From NCBI RefSeq assembly GCF_009914755.1, contig NC_060944.1: a DNA stretch of 64,000 nt; one strand, written 5' to 3'. Shown here piece by piece: positions 60,611 through 64,000 of the stretch; the stretch's first letter is position 1, and each line of letters starts with the position of its first letter. The notes below the pieces were generated by a model that was given only the letters and a program-made list of their open reading frames with translations, was not told the origin of the DNA and did no database searches. Made by a program: the position numbers and the translations under genes. Origin of the DNA: the human T2T-CHM13v2.0 reference genome, Homo sapiens.

Positions 60611-61556
60611 GTAAACCTCAGCACAAGGCAGAGAATAGGGCCGCCCAGGCCACATCATAGGAATTTCCTGAACACAGGGTGCCCCTAAGCAGGAATCCTC
60701 CATCAGGCTCAGTTTAATGGAGATCTCACTCCCTCCTCTAATAGACCCTGCCTCTGACATAGCTCTAAACCTAAAATCCTCCCGGTAACATCCAGCCCCA
60801 GTCATGGTTCTACCCTCTGGAATCTGATGCAAATGTTTCCTCTACCAAATAACAGTCTCGTGAAATCAAAAGGCATCTTAGATATGCAGTAGTCCAGGGG
60901 TGATAAATACATCTCAGATAGTGAGTAGTCCAGGGATGGCGACTGTGCCACTGCTCACCACTATGACACTCATGGCAGACATCACTAATCGATCAAGGCT
61001 CTCCTTTCTACTGAGTCTGGATGCTGACACAACCTTGGAATCCTTATTAACAGGGCACAGCCGATAACCACCACCAGTCAACTATGTTGTGCCACCTCCT
61101 CCCGGGTGACTGACGGGGAAATTGAGGTCCAGAGGGGGAAAGGGTTGGTCCAACGTTATGGGAGGATGGCAGAACTTCAGGGCAGCTGACAGACAACCAA
61201 TAACCAAGCTCTCAGGGGACTGGGATGGCGAGAAAATAGGGAGTGGTCACCAACTAGCCCATTCATGATTGCAGTAAAAATGAAATCACCTCTCTATGTC
61301 CTCTGAGATCAGGAAGCTGCCCCCAGACCCACAACCATCACCAGCCCACAGTAAAAGTCCAGGCCAGCAGGACCCCATGCCCCATAGAAGCTGACCTAGG
61401 GGCTGTTTTTCCACCAATGACAGACACATGGCTTGGGTCACTGGGCCCACCCAGCTTTTCTGGGGTCCTGGGAAACCTTCCTCCCAGCAGTGGGGTGCAG
61501 GAGATGTGCCTCCCTGTGCCCTCCAACTGACCTTCTCTGGCTCCTCTCACCCTCAG

Positions 61557-61610
61557 CTTCCTGAGAGTGCCCATCGGCTGAAGTCAAGCATCGGGCTGAT
61601 CAATGAAAAG
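61557..61610 (+). CDS. BPIFB1: BPIFB1 exon 10, LPESAHRLKSSIGLINEK
   Basis: AG/GT boundaries; 54 nt. Confidence 0.96.
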
Positions 61611-62113
61611 GTTGGTCTGTTTGCCATCTGCAGCTTGAGGGGTGTTTGCTGTGGTCTGGACACAGGCCTCTGGGGAGGAGAATCTAGTGGGACTAGTGTT
61701 TCATTCCAGCACTGGGACACTCAAACCGCATCCCTGTCCGCACAGAGATTTCAGTCTAGCAGGCCAGTTTGACCTGAAGCAAATCATCACATGGATAGTA
61801 TTTCCATTACAGCTGCAGTAACACAGGACAGGTTCTAGGGGCCATGAGAACACTCTGGGCCCCTGATACAGTCTGGGACGTCAGGGAGGCCTCCCTGAAG
61901 GGAAGGGCATTCCAGACAGAGGGAACAGGAGACCAAAGGCTGCCAGGTAGGGAGAACAACACAACATTCAAGGATCTGCAAGAAGGACAGGGTGGCTGGA
62001 ACACGTGAGGGAGCAGGGAGCCCAGGAAGGCAGGCAGGGGCCAGGCCACACACAGAGCCTGTGGGCCATGGTGGGCACTTGGGAGGCCACATGTGGGTCT
62101 GATCTCCTTCCAG

Positions 62114-62272
62114 GCTGCAGATAAGCTGGGATCTACCCAGATCGTGAAGATCCTAACTCAGGACACTCCCGAGTTTTTTATAGACCAAGGCCATGCCAAG
62201 GTGGCCCAACTGATCGTGCTGGAAGTGTTTCCCTCCAGTGAAGCCCTCCGCCCTTTGTTCACCCTGGGCATC
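62114..62272 (+). CDS. BPIFB1: BPIFB1 exon 11, AADKLGSTQIVKILTQDTPEFFIDQGHAKVAQLIVLEVFPSSEALRPLFTLGI
   Basis: AG/GT boundaries; 159 nt. Confidence 0.97.
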
Positions 62273-63155
62273 GTGAGTTCAGTTGTCTGCGATATTGGCA
62301 GCAACCAGGGGGACCCTTCTGTCTACTTTTCCTGTTCGCCCTCTTGCTTTGTTAAACATTTCCACCACTCTCATCACTTAGCAGGGACAGGGGACAGGGA
62401 GCTCTGAACCAAGAGCCAGGAGCTTTGTGGGTCCAATTCTAACCCTGTGACTTTCTTAGTCAGGAATCTCTGGACAGAAACTCAACTCATATGCACAAAA
62501 GGAATTGTATTAGCTCCTATAACTAAAAAGTCTAGATGCTATTGACTTCGGGAATAGCTGGACCCAGGTGCTCAAACAATATCCTCTTCATTCTCCTCTC
62601 TCCCACCTAGCAGCCTTGTTTTCCTCTGTGCTGCCTTCATCCTCAGGCAAGCTATTCCCTCATGGTAGTGCCCCAGGCTGCATTAGGCTCATATCCTATC
62701 AGCTTGGCAATCACCGCAGGAAGAACCTATCTTTCCAATAGTTCCAGCAAACATCTCAGGGCTGACTCTCACTGAATGAGCCTGAGTCAGTTGCCCATTC
62801 TTGAGCCAATCAGTGTGTCCAGAAAAATGGAATATGAAAACTTCCTGAGCTGGGCCACCTACACACTAGGGTAAGGGAGTGAGGGCTCTATGAATAGTGG
62901 CTGCTTTCGTCGTCGTCATCGTCATCATTATCATTCCCCACAGCAAGCCTAGACTGTCATCTGTTAAATGGGGAGTGGAGGCAAGTACTATCTCATTTAA
63001 CAGATGAGGCAGGTGAGGCCCAGAGAGGTCAAACCCTTTGCCAAGGTCCCAGAGCCAGGAACTGAGATTCAGACCCCAGAGCCTCCCTGCATAACCCCTA
63101 ATTCCACACTCGGATCCTCTTGAGAACAATGGGGCCTGGGCTTCTCTTGTTGCAG

Positions 63156-63223
63156 GAAGCCAGCTCGGAAGCTCAGTTTTACACCAAAGGTGACCAACTT
63201 ATACTCAACTTGAATAACATCAG
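63156..63223 (+). CDS. BPIFB1: BPIFB1 exon 12, EASSEAQFYTKGDQLILNLNNI(S); the gene continues beyond the window
   Basis: AG/GT boundaries; 68 nt. Confidence 0.96.
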
Positions 63224-64000
63224 GTAAACACACAAATCATCATGAAGATTCTGCTGATGGAAATGAGTCCCGCCTGGTAACCATGGGTTTCTTTAAACAC
63301 CGACTTTGTGGCTGTCAGGTGAAGGCGGCTCCAGGGTAGGCAGGGAGGTCCTTCCGGATGCTCCTGCTGACAAGGACTGCATGTGAGGGAATGGGGAGGA
63401 AAATGAAGTAGGCCTTGCAGCAGCCACGGCACAGGCAAACCCTAGCCGCGGCCAGCCCACTCTGGACACCTCCCAGGCCGTGGCAGTGACAGTCACCCGG
63501 CACAGAAGTGCAGGGCTCCAGCTGCCTCCTGCACCCTGCCTGTTCTCCCTCCCCGCCACTTTCCTGTGGCCCCAGAGTGAGTGCAGGGGCTGCCAGCTGG
63601 AGCCTCTGGGGACAAGTCAGGCCCAGGGCTCTTTTGATCAGCCCACATAGGGCTGGGCTGTTTAATATAAATGAGTTGTGCACATATCAAATCAGACTAT
63701 CTGGCTGCCCTGTGCCCACAATCCTACATAGCAACAAACTGTCGAGCCAGGAATTGGGGCGCCCTTTGAAGGAGCTTGGGCCTCCTTGTCCACCACAGCC
63801 CTGACTCCTGAGGTTGATTTTTCTGCTCACTGGACTGCTATTTGTTTTCTGTGCCCCCTCTATGCCCCCCACCCCACCCCTGCCATTAGAATGCAAGCTC
63901 CACGACGCAAGGGCTTCATGTGGTTCACTGGAGCCCGCACTGTGCCTGGCACATAATAGGTGCTCAATAAATCGCTGTTGAATGAGTGGATGGTGAATGA

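Noticed and set aside
60611-60688. Exon 9 read-through ORF extension (VNLSTRQRIGPP...)
   Set aside because: There is no canonical AATAAA close downstream, so this is most likely an ordinary open intron frame.

Overview
Human (primate) genomic DNA from the BPI-fold/PLUNC cluster (20q11.21, recognised from the protein sequences). The window holds the 3' end of BPIFA1 (SPLUNC1): its last three coding exons plus a 3'UTR exon, 599-~2522, + strand. A ~40 kb repeat-dense intergenic block follows, containing an old L1 invaded by an LTR and an ERV-L internal sequence, a second ERV-L ending in an LTR16-like LTR, MaLR LTRs, HSMAR2, MER53, many Alus, a processed RPL12 pseudogene and a 41-bp VNTR. The first 12 exons of BPIFB1 (LPLUNC1) lie at ~42412-63223 on the + strand, and the gene continues past the window. 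I found no convincing new protein-coding system. The most unusual signals are structural: two local inverted duplications (a ~230 bp palindrome at 33.2-33.4 kb and an 84-bp inverted copy inserted into an L2 at 36.8/37.5 kb), a split direct duplication across BPIFB1 introns 7 and 8 that encloses a CpG-rich CTCF-motif segment, and a probable Alu-Alu gene-conversion tract. There is also a possible intronic-polyA route to a single-domain 'SPLUNC-like' BPIFB1, and candidate upstream non-coding exons. Repeat subfamily names and boundaries are from visual recognition and are approximate.
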